DNA from: an uncultured Patescibacteria group bacterium
GTDB lineage: Bacteria > Patescibacteriota > Minisyncoccia > Phycocordibacterales > UBA918
Length of the DNA stretch: 64,000 nt
Assembly (NCBI GenBank): GCA_934699595.1
Contig: CAKUWT010000001.1
Span: 7,839 to 71,838 of the forward strand
Reading direction: 5' to 3'
Shown here: positions 1 through 8,465 of the stretch, one piece after another
How the letters are laid out: the number at the start of each line of letters is the position of its first letter
Position numbering within the stretch: position 1 is the first letter of the stretch
Translations under genes and position numbers: made by a program
The notes under the pieces: model-generated
What the model was told of the DNA's origin: nothing
Seen by the model: only the letters and a program-made list of their open reading frames with translations
The model's database searches: none

Positions 1-92
1 TCTTGTCGGCACTGCTGCTGAACTAGCCGAAGTGCGACTACAAAATGCAGAGCCACTCTTACCTCCAAAAGAATTATAGACATGTTGCCGTA

Positions 93-121
93 AGGGCCTG
101 GATATTTCCTGGCCCTTTTGT
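93..121 (+). terminator. rho-independent terminator (hairpin AGGGCC...GGCCCT followed by TTTTG) ending the partial upstream gene
   Basis: GC-rich inverted repeat followed by a T run, read directly. Confidence 0.45.
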
Positions 122-157
122 GTTATATTTACCTTGATGCTTAATGTTAGCTAACTT

Positions 158-1222
158 ATGAAATATTCAGAAATTATTGCCTCCTCATTTTTTTTTGGCA
201 TTTTAGCCATTGTCATTTGGGTGATGTGGAAGATCTGGTCACCGTTCCTGGTGGCGGTGGCATTGGCGGGAACGATTGTGGTGATTAGTTACCCACTTTA
301 TGAATGGATTCGTAATCGCATGCCGAGGCGTAACGCCACCGCTGCTGCGATTCTCAGTACTATAATGGTTCTTTTGGTGATAGTAGTACCAATATTTGCC
401 GCCTCAACGGTATTAGTTCATCAGTTTTTGTCTTTTTTTCAGTCCGTGCAATCAAACGAAGTGATTGGTAGTGACACCGTAGGGAATTTAAATACCCTAA
501 TGCAAGGTTATGTGCCGGGATTTGAATTTGATGTGACTACACAATTAAAACAAATCACTCAGTGGTTTACTGGTAACTTAGGGAATATTTTTACTGGCAC
601 CATCTCTATCGTATTGACTACACTAGTAGTGCTACTCGGAACTTTTTATCTGTTTAAAGATGGAGAAAGGTTGATTGTTTGGATTACTAGAACCAGTCCT
701 TTGTCAGAGGCAGATGATTTGCTGATTCTAAAACGAGTAGCTATTTCCATTCGCAGTGTGGTGATCGGAACAGTGCTGGTCTCGGTTATTCAAGGTATTG
801 CTGCGACGGTCGGCTTCTCTTTGTTCGGTATTAAACAAGCCGTCTTGTGGGGTTCTTTAGCTACACTCGGTTCATTGCTGCCGGGTATAGGAACAGCTGT
901 TATTATGATTCCAGCTATTATCTGGCTCTTTTTTACCAGTACTACTTTCAATGTGGTCGGCCTACTTATTTGGGCGTTAGTGACAGCACTGGTGGTGGAT
1001 AACTTAGTTAGTCCTTATTTAATGAGTCGGGGAAATAAACTGCATCCTTTCGTGGTTCTAGTTTCAGTATTGGGAGGAATCTCCCTGTTTGGTCCAGTTG
1101 GTTTTATCATTGGTCCAGTATTAGCTAGTCTGTTGCTGGTATTATTAGAGCTGTACACCAATACACTAACGCAAAGTCTGGATAAGGTAGAAGTTCTTCC
1201 TATTACCCTTGATGTAAAATAA
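158..1222 (+). CDS. AI-2E family transporter (PerM/UPF0118-like polytopic membrane protein)
   Basis: 354 aa, about 8 predicted TM helices, glycine-rich C-terminal helices typical of the AI-2E family. Confidence 0.55.
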   Translation: MKYSEIIASSFFFGILAIVIWVMWKIWSPFLVAVALAGTIVVISYPLYEWIRNRMPRRNATAAAILSTIMVLLVIVVPIFAASTVLVHQFLSFFQSVQSNEVIGSDTVGNLNTLMQGYVPGFEFDVTTQLKQITQWFTGNLGNIFTGTISIVLTTLVVLLGTFYLFKDGERLIVWITRTSPLSEADDLLILKRVAISIRSVVIGTVLVSVIQGIAATVGFSLFGIKQAVLWGSLATLGSLLPGIGTAVIMIPAIIWLFFTSTTFNVVGLLIWALVTALVVDNLVSPYLMSRGNKLHPFVVLVSVLGGISLFGPVGFIIGPVLASLLLVLLELYTNTLTQSLDKVEVLPITLDVK

Positions 1223-1227
1223 GTGAT

Positions 1228-1683
1228 ATGAGAAATAAATACATTGATAAAAAATACATTGAAAGCCTGTTGCGAGCTAACGGGATCAAGCCACCAACTT
1301 CAGACGAGAAAATTAAGTCTGTCCTAATCAGTGCACACTTCAACAATGATGAGATCGATACTGCTTTGTTAGTTCTGAAAGAGAATGATGTTGATCATAC
1401 CACTCATGTTGATACTTTACACAAGGTTTTTCGTAGTAATGATCGACTAAATTCCTCCGAAATCAATGAGTTGCTTGGTATTACGGTGGAGATCGATGAG
1501 TTGCAAGAAGATGAGAAGTTTCGCAGGGACAGTATTCACGTTATGCGGATGCAAACAATGCTCTCATTATTCTTAGCCCTGGTGTTAGCGGTCTTGCTCA
1601 TATGGGTGGTGATGTATCGTGATAAAACTGGTGTCTTCCATCCTTCAAAAAGTAACGCCATTAACGCTATTGGCTTATTTTGA
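1228..1683 (+). CDS. hypothetical protein with C-terminal TM anchor
   Basis: ORF 5 nt after the upstream gene, hydrophobic C-terminus; no recognisable motif. Confidence 0.35.
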   Translation: MRNKYIDKKYIESLLRANGIKPPTSDEKIKSVLISAHFNNDEIDTALLVLKENDVDHTTHVDTLHKVFRSNDRLNSSEINELLGITVEIDELQEDEKFRRDSIHVMRMQTMLSLFLALVLAVLLIWVVMYRDKTGVFHPSKSNAINAIGLF

Positions 1684-2744
1684 TTGAGGTCTCATATAAA
1701 AAAATAATTGTGATCCTGGCTCTAGCCAGCCTGGTTATAGTTCTTGGTACGGGTGCAACTATCTGGGGCAGTTATTTAAAAACCATCCAGTCAGACCTCA
1801 ATGCGACGGTTGCCCTTGATGAGGGCAGGTTGATTTTTCTTGGCGACATTATGTTAGCGCGAGATGTGGAGCGGCGCGGTTACGCTAATGCACAGGGAGT
1901 TGACTACCATTTTTCAGTGTTGTCTGAGATTGCTAGGCCGAAGGATGTATTGGTGGCAAACTTTGAATCCGCCGTACCAACAGTCCACAGTCCAACACCT
2001 AACTATGTTATGAGTTTTTCCACTCCAGTAGATAGTTTAAAAGCCTTAGAAAGAGCAGGAATGAGCGCGGTTTCTCTCGCCAATAATCACACTTTCGATA
2101 AAGGGGTTGACGGATACATTGCTACCACTGCCGCCTTTAGTGATACCAACATGATAGCTTTTGGCCACCCCGAGCAGTTAAGTGATGAATCTGTTTATTA
2201 CACAAATATAAATGATGCCCGGGTCGCGATTATTGCCGCCCATACGGTTTGGCAGGGGTACAGTGAAGAAACTTGGAAAAAGGTTATTAGTGAGACAAAG
2301 ACAAAAAGTGATTTGCAAGTTGTGTTTATTCACTGGGGTGAGGAATATTTCATTACTCACAATCTCTCTCAGGAGAAATTGGCTAAATTCCTGGTGGCTG
2401 AAGGGATTGATGCAATTGTGGGGCATCACCCACATGTGGTTCAAGATGTGGCCATGATTGACGGGGTGCCAGTTTTTTACTCCTTAGGGAACTTTATTTT
2501 CGACCAGTATTTTTCAGATGATGTACAACAGGGTTTAGCTTTAGCGATGAAAATTCACAATGGTCAGATTTTTGAAATTGAGCTAGTGCCATTTTCGAGT
2601 TTGGGGAGCCCTACACAACCAAGGCTAATGAGTGACAAAGCAAGGACTCTTTTTTTGTCGACTTTGGCAGAACGTAGTCAGGTGGATTTGGCAGCAGGTA
2701 TTAGGCAGGGAATAATAAAGCTAAATGAAGAAATCTTGGAGTAG
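1680..2744 (+). CDS. CapA-family metallophosphatase (poly-gamma-glutamate capsule biosynthesis-like)
   Basis: N-terminal TM, motifs LANNHTFDKG, IHWGEEY, GHHPHVVQ typical of CapA/PGA_cap; 4-nt overlap with the upstream gene. Confidence 0.6.
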   Translation: MIEVSYKKIIVILALASLVIVLGTGATIWGSYLKTIQSDLNATVALDEGRLIFLGDIMLARDVERRGYANAQGVDYHFSVLSEIARPKDVLVANFESAVPTVHSPTPNYVMSFSTPVDSLKALERAGMSAVSLANNHTFDKGVDGYIATTAAFSDTNMIAFGHPEQLSDESVYYTNINDARVAIIAAHTVWQGYSEETWKKVISETKTKSDLQVVFIHWGEEYFITHNLSQEKLAKFLVAEGIDAIVGHHPHVVQDVAMIDGVPVFYSLGNFIFDQYFSDDVQQGLALAMKIHNGQIFEIELVPFSSLGSPTQPRLMSDKARTLFLSTLAERSQVDLAAGIRQGIIKLNEEILE

Positions 2745-2802
2745 CGACCGATCATGCTCTTGCCAAAACATCAATAAAAACGTATGATAAAATAATTAAA
2801 AT

Positions 2803-3378
2803 ATGTTTGGTAAGAATCAGTTTAGTAAGTGGGAGATAGCTGGAATGGCAGTGGCCGTATTATTAATGGCGGTGGCTTTATTTGGCTTTCGTTTACAGAA
2901 CAGCAATTTGGCCATGATTGACCCAAGCGCGATTGGTGGACGTAATCAACAAGCTGCTGGTTTACAGGCGGTTTTTGTGTCTGAGAATAGCCCAAACAAA
3001 ACGGCTAGTCGGGAGTCTGCTTTGCGCGAATCTGTTACATCTAAGGGTGTCTTAAGTAAGTTGGTGATCGATGATATTACTCTCGGCACCGGCTCTAAAG
3101 AGGTGAAAAAAGGGAACACGGTTGTAGTTAATTACATTGGTACTCTAGAAGATGGTACCGAGTTTGATAATTCCTATAAAAAAGGCGAAGCTTTTACTTT
3201 CAAAGCTGGAGCCGGCAAGGTGATTGAGGGCTGGGATCAAGGCATTATTGGCATGAAAGAAGGCGGGAAGCGAGTGCTAGTAATTCCTTACGAGCAGGCT
3301 TATGGTAAGAAAGGTTATGGTAACATTCCTCCTAAAGCCAATCTAGTTTTCCTTATTGAACTGCTGGAGATCAAGTAG
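2803..3378 (+). CDS. FKBP-type peptidyl-prolyl cis-trans isomerase, membrane anchored
   Basis: C-terminal FKBP signature GKVIEGWDQGIIGMKEGGKRVLVIPYEQAYG...LVFLIELLEI; N-terminal TM. Confidence 0.75.
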   Translation: MFGKNQFSKWEIAGMAVAVLLMAVALFGFRLQNSNLAMIDPSAIGGRNQQAAGLQAVFVSENSPNKTASRESALRESVTSKGVLSKLVIDDITLGTGSKEVKKGNTVVVNYIGTLEDGTEFDNSYKKGEAFTFKAGAGKVIEGWDQGIIGMKEGGKRVLVIPYEQAYGKKGYGNIPPKANLVFLIELLEIK

Positions 3379-3380
3379 GG

Positions 3381-4616
3381 ATGTCTAAAAAGCCTGTTTA
3401 TTTTGAGGTGAAGCAGCGCGCGCCAACTACGTTGGCGCGCGCTGGCGTCATCCGTACGCCACATGGTGATATTGAAACCCCTGCTTTTGTGGTGGTGGGT
3501 ACCAAAGCGACAGTGAAAGGTTTGCTACCAGAAGATCTAGAGCAGTATGTACACAATCAGGTAACGCTCGCCAACACCTATCACCTGTTTTTACAGCCGG
3601 GGCATGAAGTGATTGAGGCGGCGGGCGGATTACACCAGTTTGCCAACTGGCAAATGCCAACCATGACCGACAGTGGCGGTTTTCAAGTTTTTTCTCTCGG
3701 TGCGGCTTTTGGAAAGGGGGTGGCAAAATTTGCCCAAGATGTGGACGCTGCCGAAACTCCCCGCGCTGGGCTGAATGTCTACAGCCAGGAATTTGCTACC
3801 GAGCACGGTAAGCTTTGTATTATTGATGAGGAAGGGGTGACATTTACCTCTCATCTTGATGGCTCCATGCACCGTTTTACGGCGGAACGCTCCATCGAGA
3901 TTCAACAGGCGATTGGTGCTGATATTATCATTGCTTTTGATGAGTGTACCAGTCCAGACGCTGATTATGACTACCAGCGTGAAGCCATGGACCGCACCCA
4001 TCGCTGGGCAAAGCGCAGTATCATGGCTCACAAGCAGAATTATGAAGCGTTAAAAAAACAAGGACTGTACGGCGTGGTGCAGGGCGGTCGCTTCCTAGAT
4101 TTGCGTACGGAAAGTGCTCAGGTATTGTCAGAAATGGATTTTGACGGCTTTGGTATTGGCGGTTCTTTTTCCAAAGAGGATTTGGGGGAGTCTCTGCGAG
4201 TGGTCAATGAAGTTTTGCCTGAGGATAAGCCTCGGCACCTGCTAGGTATTGGTGAACCAGAGGATGTTGTGCAGGGAGTACTGCAAGGTTGTGACACTTT
4301 TGACTGCGTAGCGCCGACGCGGATTGCGCGCACGGGCACCGTTTATGTCCGGACTGGAAAACTGCTCACAACGACGTGCGGCACCCTGACCTATCCGGAA
4401 ACTAAGAAAATTAACTTATTAAATACCAAATACCAACATGATTTTTCTCCTCTGGATCCGCTCTCAGGTGCCGGCTTGGCACAGACTTATACCAAAGCTT
4501 ACGTAGCGCACTTATTCCGAGCCCGAGAAATGCTTGGTGCCCACCTTGCTTCTATTCACAACCTTAACTTTATAGTTAACTTCACTGCTGATTTACGGAG
4601 ACAGTTACTAAAATGA
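3381..4616 (+). CDS. tgt: queuine tRNA-ribosyltransferase (tRNA-guanine transglycosylase)
   Basis: FETPAFVVVGTKATVKGL, DSGGFQVFSLG and LLGIGEPED motifs. Confidence 0.8.
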   Translation: MSKKPVYFEVKQRAPTTLARAGVIRTPHGDIETPAFVVVGTKATVKGLLPEDLEQYVHNQVTLANTYHLFLQPGHEVIEAAGGLHQFANWQMPTMTDSGGFQVFSLGAAFGKGVAKFAQDVDAAETPRAGLNVYSQEFATEHGKLCIIDEEGVTFTSHLDGSMHRFTAERSIEIQQAIGADIIIAFDECTSPDADYDYQREAMDRTHRWAKRSIMAHKQNYEALKKQGLYGVVQGGRFLDLRTESAQVLSEMDFDGFGIGGSFSKEDLGESLRVVNEVLPEDKPRHLLGIGEPEDVVQGVLQGCDTFDCVAPTRIARTGTVYVRTGKLLTTTCGTLTYPETKKINLLNTKYQHDFSPLDPLSGAGLAQTYTKAYVAHLFRAREMLGAHLASIHNLNFIVNFTADLRRQLLK

Positions 4617-4693
4617 TTCTAAATAGACACGATTGCTAACCTACTGATTGGTACGGGTAGTTAAGTAGTTTTTCTCTTTTTCTAAAAAAGCGC

Positions 4694-4699
4694 TATACT
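4694..4699 (+). promoter_or_regulatory. candidate -10 box TATACT ending 6 nt before the uvrB ATG (possible leaderless transcript)
   Basis: TATACT at 4694-4699, ATG at 4706, no SD in between. Confidence 0.25.
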
Positions 4700-4705
4700 C
4701 ACACT

Positions 4706-6736
4706 ATGAACTTTAAACTCTCTACAGATAAAACTCCTGCTGGTGATCAGCCGCAAGCCATCGCTAAATTGGTTGCGGGTGTTGAAGCTGGCGACAAGCA
4801 TCAAACCCTTTTGGGTGTAACCGGTTCAGGAAAGACTTTTACCGCTGCTAACGTTATTCAGGCGATCCAGAAACCCACTCTAGTTATTGCGCACAATAAA
4901 ACCTTGGCGGCGCAGTTAGCGCAAGAATACCGCGATTTCTTTCCTGAGAATGCGGTGCATTATTTTGTCTCCTATTATGACTATTACCAGCCGGAGGCTT
5001 ACGTACCAACTTCTGATACCTATATTGAGAAAGAAGCGCAGATCAATGAGGAGATTGACCGTTTGCGTCATGCTTCTACTCAAGCACTTTTGACTCGTGA
5101 GGACGTTATTATCGTGGCCTCGGTGTCATGTATTTACGGTCTTGGTTCGCCGATTGAGTATAAAAAAAGATTGCAACGTATTGAGCGTGGCGCGCCACTG
5201 ACTCGTGGTGAGCTATTGCGGCTCTTGGTGGATATGTATTTTACTCGCACCAATGCTGACCTCACTCCTGGTACTTTTCGAGCGGTTGGCAATACTGTGG
5301 AATTAATGCCAACCAATGAACGGGCGGTTTTTCGTTTTGGTTTTCAAGGGGCGACAGTGTCTTCCATTACTAAAATTAACAGCGTCTCGCGTGCCATTGT
5401 CGCGGAGCAAGAAGTTTTTTATCTTTTTCCGGCTAAGCACTTTGTGACGCCAGAAGATGAGCGTCAGGTAGCTTATGAAGATATTAAACTTGAGCTTGAA
5501 CAACAATTGGCTCACTTCAAAAAGGAGGGGAAAATATTGGAAGCGGAACGCTTACGGCGTCGGACAGAATATGACTTAGCCTTGATTCGTGAAGTTGGTT
5601 ACTGTAACGGTATTGAGAACTACTCACGCCACTTTGACCGACGCGCTCCTGGTGAGCCGCCTTACACGTTGCTGGATTACTTCCCGCATCAGGCCGATGG
5701 TACCCCAGATTTTTTGACTATTATTGATGAGTCGCATGTCACCATTCCGCAAATTGGTGGTATGTATAATGGCGACCGCGCTCGTAAAAATACCTTGGTA
5801 GAGCATGGCTTTCGTTTACCTAGTGCAGTCGATAATCGCCCGTTGCAATTCTCTGAATTTGAAGAAAAGGTTGGTCAACGTATTTACACCTCAGCCACCC
5901 CAGGGAAATACGAAAAGGCCCGATCAGCCGAGGACGGCGTACCGATGGTGGAGCAAATTATTCGTCCGACTGGTTTACTGGACCCGGTCATCGATTTGCG
6001 TCCGATTACTGAGCGAGGCGAATATCCTGGACAAGTGCAAGACTTTATTGACGAGGCGGTGAAAGTAATTGCTGGCGGCGCCCGTGTTTTAGCGACCACA
6101 CTTACCAAAAAAATGGCGGAAGACTTAGCTGAGTTCCTGACCGAAAGGGGAATCAATACTAAGTACATCCACAGTGACGTTAAAACGATTGAGCGGATCG
6201 AAATTTTGACCGATTTTCGTAAAGGGGTCTTTGACTGCTTGGTCGGAGTGAACTTGTTGCGGGAAGGGCTAGATTTACCTGAGGTCGAATTGGTGGCTAT
6301 ATTGGATGCGGACAAAGTTGGTTTCTTGCGCAGCGAAACGGCCTTGATTCAAACTATTGGTCGAGCCGCACGTAACGTGGAGGGCCGAGTGATTCTTTAT
6401 GCTGACGAGATAAATGATACTATTGACTCGGTAATTAAGGAAACCAACCGCCGTCGCCAGATCCAGCTAGACTATAATGAAAAACACAACATCACCCCAG
6501 TGACAATCGCTAAGGAGATTAAATCAATTGCTGACCAGTTGCGTACTACCCACGACGAAACGGTGGAAACACTGCTCGATATTGATATTGATTTATACAA
6601 ACGCAACCCCGCCAAAACACTCAAAGAAAAACGCCGACAGATGGCTGAGGCTGTTGAATTACTGGATTTTGAAACTGCAGCAGTTATTCGCGATGAGATT
6701 GCTTACTTGGAGGGGATGAAAGATGAGAAAAAATAA
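4706..6736 (+). CDS. uvrB: excinuclease ABC subunit B
   Basis: Walker A GVTGSGKTFT, SF2 helicase motifs, C-terminal UVR motif (AAVIRDEIAYLEG). Confidence 0.95.
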   Translation: MNFKLSTDKTPAGDQPQAIAKLVAGVEAGDKHQTLLGVTGSGKTFTAANVIQAIQKPTLVIAHNKTLAAQLAQEYRDFFPENAVHYFVSYYDYYQPEAYVPTSDTYIEKEAQINEEIDRLRHASTQALLTREDVIIVASVSCIYGLGSPIEYKKRLQRIERGAPLTRGELLRLLVDMYFTRTNADLTPGTFRAVGNTVELMPTNERAVFRFGFQGATVSSITKINSVSRAIVAEQEVFYLFPAKHFVTPEDERQVAYEDIKLELEQQLAHFKKEGKILEAERLRRRTEYDLALIREVGYCNGIENYSRHFDRRAPGEPPYTLLDYFPHQADGTPDFLTIIDESHVTIPQIGGMYNGDRARKNTLVEHGFRLPSAVDNRPLQFSEFEEKVGQRIYTSATPGKYEKARSAEDGVPMVEQIIRPTGLLDPVIDLRPITERGEYPGQVQDFIDEAVKVIAGGARVLATTLTKKMAEDLAEFLTERGINTKYIHSDVKTIERIEILTDFRKGVFDCLVGVNLLREGLDLPEVELVAILDADKVGFLRSETALIQTIGRAARNVEGRVILYADEINDTIDSVIKETNRRRQIQLDYNEKHNITPVTIAKEIKSIADQLRTTHDETVETLLDIDIDLYKRNPAKTLKEKRRQMAEAVELLDFETAAVIRDEIAYLEGMKDEKK

Positions 6737-6786
6737 ACCAACATTGCCTGATGAACTGGTGATAACTTTGACAGTTAGGTGATTTT

Positions 6787-7191
6787 GTGTTAAGGTCTGA
6801 GGAGTTGAGTAACTTAAAAAGATGGGGGGGGACTGAAGTGCTTAAGGTTCCAAACACTGTCCGGGAGATACTTTTTACAAGTATCTCAGACAGGTTGTTG
6901 CAAGATATCTTCTTGCGGCAGCAGCAGCAAGCGCACTTCGCATTCGTCGAGATGGTGCGCGGCACCTATCAGCTCGTCGAAGTCGCTGTTGCCTGTGAAA
7001 AAGTGATGGCCAGGCCTGGTCATATGGTCGTCACTCATCGCCAATCTTTCGAGGAGTGCATTTGGGAGGCAGTCGACAAGATGATTGAGCGATACTTGCT
7101 TTTAATCACCCAGGAGTTTCAGGAATTCTTTCCAGAACTCAACCAGAAAGCCATCAGTATTTTGGTCGGTTGGATAATCCTTGGTAAATAA
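6787..7191 (+). CDS. hypothetical protein
   Basis: ORF followed immediately by a strong + strand terminator; no recognisable motif; start uncertain. Confidence 0.35.
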   Translation: MLRSEELSNLKRWGGTEVLKVPNTVREILFTSISDRLLQDIFLRQQQQAHFAFVEMVRGTYQLVEVAVACEKVMARPGHMVVTHRQSFEECIWEAVDKMIERYLLLITQEFQEFFPELNQKAISILVGWIILGK

Positions 7192-7200
7192 GAAATGACG

Positions 7201-7233
7201 CAGTCCGCCTGGTGCTACCTAGGCGGACTTTTG
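7201..7233 (+). terminator. rho-independent terminator (AGTCCGCCT...AGGCGGACT plus TTTT)
   Basis: perfect 9-bp stem followed by a T run. Confidence 0.7.
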
Positions 7234-7318
7234 TACTGTGTGTTAACTTATCAATAATTATAGCCACAGTAGTGTTGATAAATCATATTTGATTGTTTGT
7301 TTGTGATAAAATTTTAGT

Positions 7319-7585
7319 ATGGAAGATAAACATATAAAGCGACTGTACTTATTGGGAGTGGTCAACTTTTTACTAGTGTTAGTGGTCTTATTATTAATTT
7401 TATTGACTGTCCCAACTCCGCAGCCAGTTGTTGATGTTGGTTTAAATGATGCTAACTATAATCCTGCAAACCAAAATGTAGGTGCGGACTTTCTACAGTT
7501 TGAAGAGGATGAAATGAGTGTACAAAATGTTGAGTCACTTGATGAGGATGGAAACCCTATTATTATTCGTCAGGAGCTAGAATAA
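7319..7585 (+). CDS. hypothetical small membrane-anchored protein
   Basis: N-terminal TM helix, acidic C-terminal tail; AT-rich promoter-like region upstream. Confidence 0.35.
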   Translation: MEDKHIKRLYLLGVVNFLLVLVVLLLILLTVPTPQPVVDVGLNDANYNPANQNVGADFLQFEEDEMSVQNVESLDEDGNPIIIRQELE

Positions 7586-7621
7586 TAACAATTAATTACA
7601 AGTATTAAGGTTACTTTATTT

Positions 7622-8245
7622 ATGAGAGATTTTTTAAGACTGTCGTTCTTACAAAAGAAAATTTATTTATATTTTTTTGTAGTTGTATTTTTTGGGTGCC
7701 TTTTTTTGACTCAGATTGTTTCTGCACAGAATTGGACGGCGCCGACCGGTGCTCCTCCATCTAGTAATACTGATAGGCCATTAAATGTTGGTAATCTACA
7801 ACAATACAAGACCGGTATCTTGGGAGCACTCGAATTTCGTTCTAACAAATATTGTGATAAAGACGGTGCTAATTGTTTTAACCCAGCTGTCGTGTCTGGC
7901 GGGGGTGTTGGAGGCACTTTAGAGTCGAAAGTGTTTACCTGGGCAACTTTTGAGCGTCCATCGGGTCCTGGTTCGGGACCTGGAGCCATTAGAGGTATGG
8001 TTCATACTGGTAGTGTTTCTAAGCGATGTCAAGAGTTAGGTTACGATTTTGGTGTGACATATCGGACTTTTTCTGAACAGCTTGTTAACCCTACGCAAAA
8101 CTGGTGTCGTTTTGCCAACGCCCGCACAGATAGTTGGGTGAATGATTATTATAATGGTGGCGATGGACCGACTGGAGGATCTTGGGTAAGAACCTCGTGT
8201 GTGCCGTATCAGAACGTTTCAGCCGCTATTTGTTTCAGAAATTAG
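7622..8245 (+). CDS. hypothetical secreted cysteine-rich protein
   Basis: N-terminal signal/TM (cleavage-like site after VSAQN), 8 Cys, Gly/Pro-rich; strong terminator downstream. Confidence 0.45.
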   Translation: MRDFLRLSFLQKKIYLYFFVVVFFGCLFLTQIVSAQNWTAPTGAPPSSNTDRPLNVGNLQQYKTGILGALEFRSNKYCDKDGANCFNPAVVSGGGVGGTLESKVFTWATFERPSGPGSGPGAIRGMVHTGSVSKRCQELGYDFGVTYRTFSEQLVNPTQNWCRFANARTDSWVNDYYNGGDGPTGGSWVRTSCVPYQNVSAAICFRN

Positions 8246-8277
8246 CTTCACTACTTAAGTTAGTTAAGGCAAATAAA

Positions 8278-8310
8278 AAGCTCATCACCTGATGAGCTTT
8301 TTATTTTTTA
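8278..8310 (+). terminator. rho-independent terminator (AAGCTCATCA/TGATGAGCTT plus TTTTTATTTTTT)
   Basis: perfect 10-bp inverted repeat plus a long T run. Confidence 0.8.
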
Positions 8311-8382
8311 TTGGTGCTATGAGCTGGAGCGGTGGGTTTAAAAGGAGTGGTAAATATTCGCCGAGAAAAAACTTGACAACTG

Positions 8383-8391
8383 TGCTATAAT
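8383..8391 (+). promoter_or_regulatory. extended -10 promoter element TGcTATAAT upstream of uvrA
   Basis: TGCTATAAT at 8383-8391; the TTGACA at 8374-8379 is too close to act as its -35. Confidence 0.4.
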
Positions 8392-8409
8392 GGCAAATGA
8401 AGCTACCAA

Positions 8410-8432
8410 CCCCACCGCTTGCTGCGGTGGGG
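8410..8432 (+). promoter_or_regulatory. GC-rich hairpin (CCCCACCGC-ttgct-GCGGTGGGG) in the uvrA 5' leader
   Basis: perfect 9-bp stem between the -10 box and the uvrA ATG, followed by a G/T-rich tract. Confidence 0.4.
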
Positions 8433-8465
8433 TGGTGTTTGTTACTAAACTGAGAAATTTATTAT

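Noticed and set aside
2178-2457. Overlapping ORFs 2178..2444 (-) and 2212..2457 (+) inside the CapA-family gene
   Set aside because: Fully embedded in a well-supported coding region on another frame or strand; no motifs. These are typical spurious antisense/alternate-frame ORFs. The same applies to 3448..3726, 3630..4031, 4118..4339, 5134..6315, 9542..10587, 11812..12419, 14004..14966, 16447..17284, 17712..18020 and 20403..21204.
6684-6965. 93-aa minus-strand ORF overlapping the 6787..7191 gene
   Set aside because: Cys-cluster-rich odd composition. The + strand ORF is the one followed by a proper + strand terminator, so the minus ORF is probably noise.
8374-8379. TTGACA hexamer upstream of uvrA as a -35 box
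   Set aside because: Only 6 nt separate it from the TATAAT, which is too short for a sigma-70 spacer. I kept only the extended -10 call.
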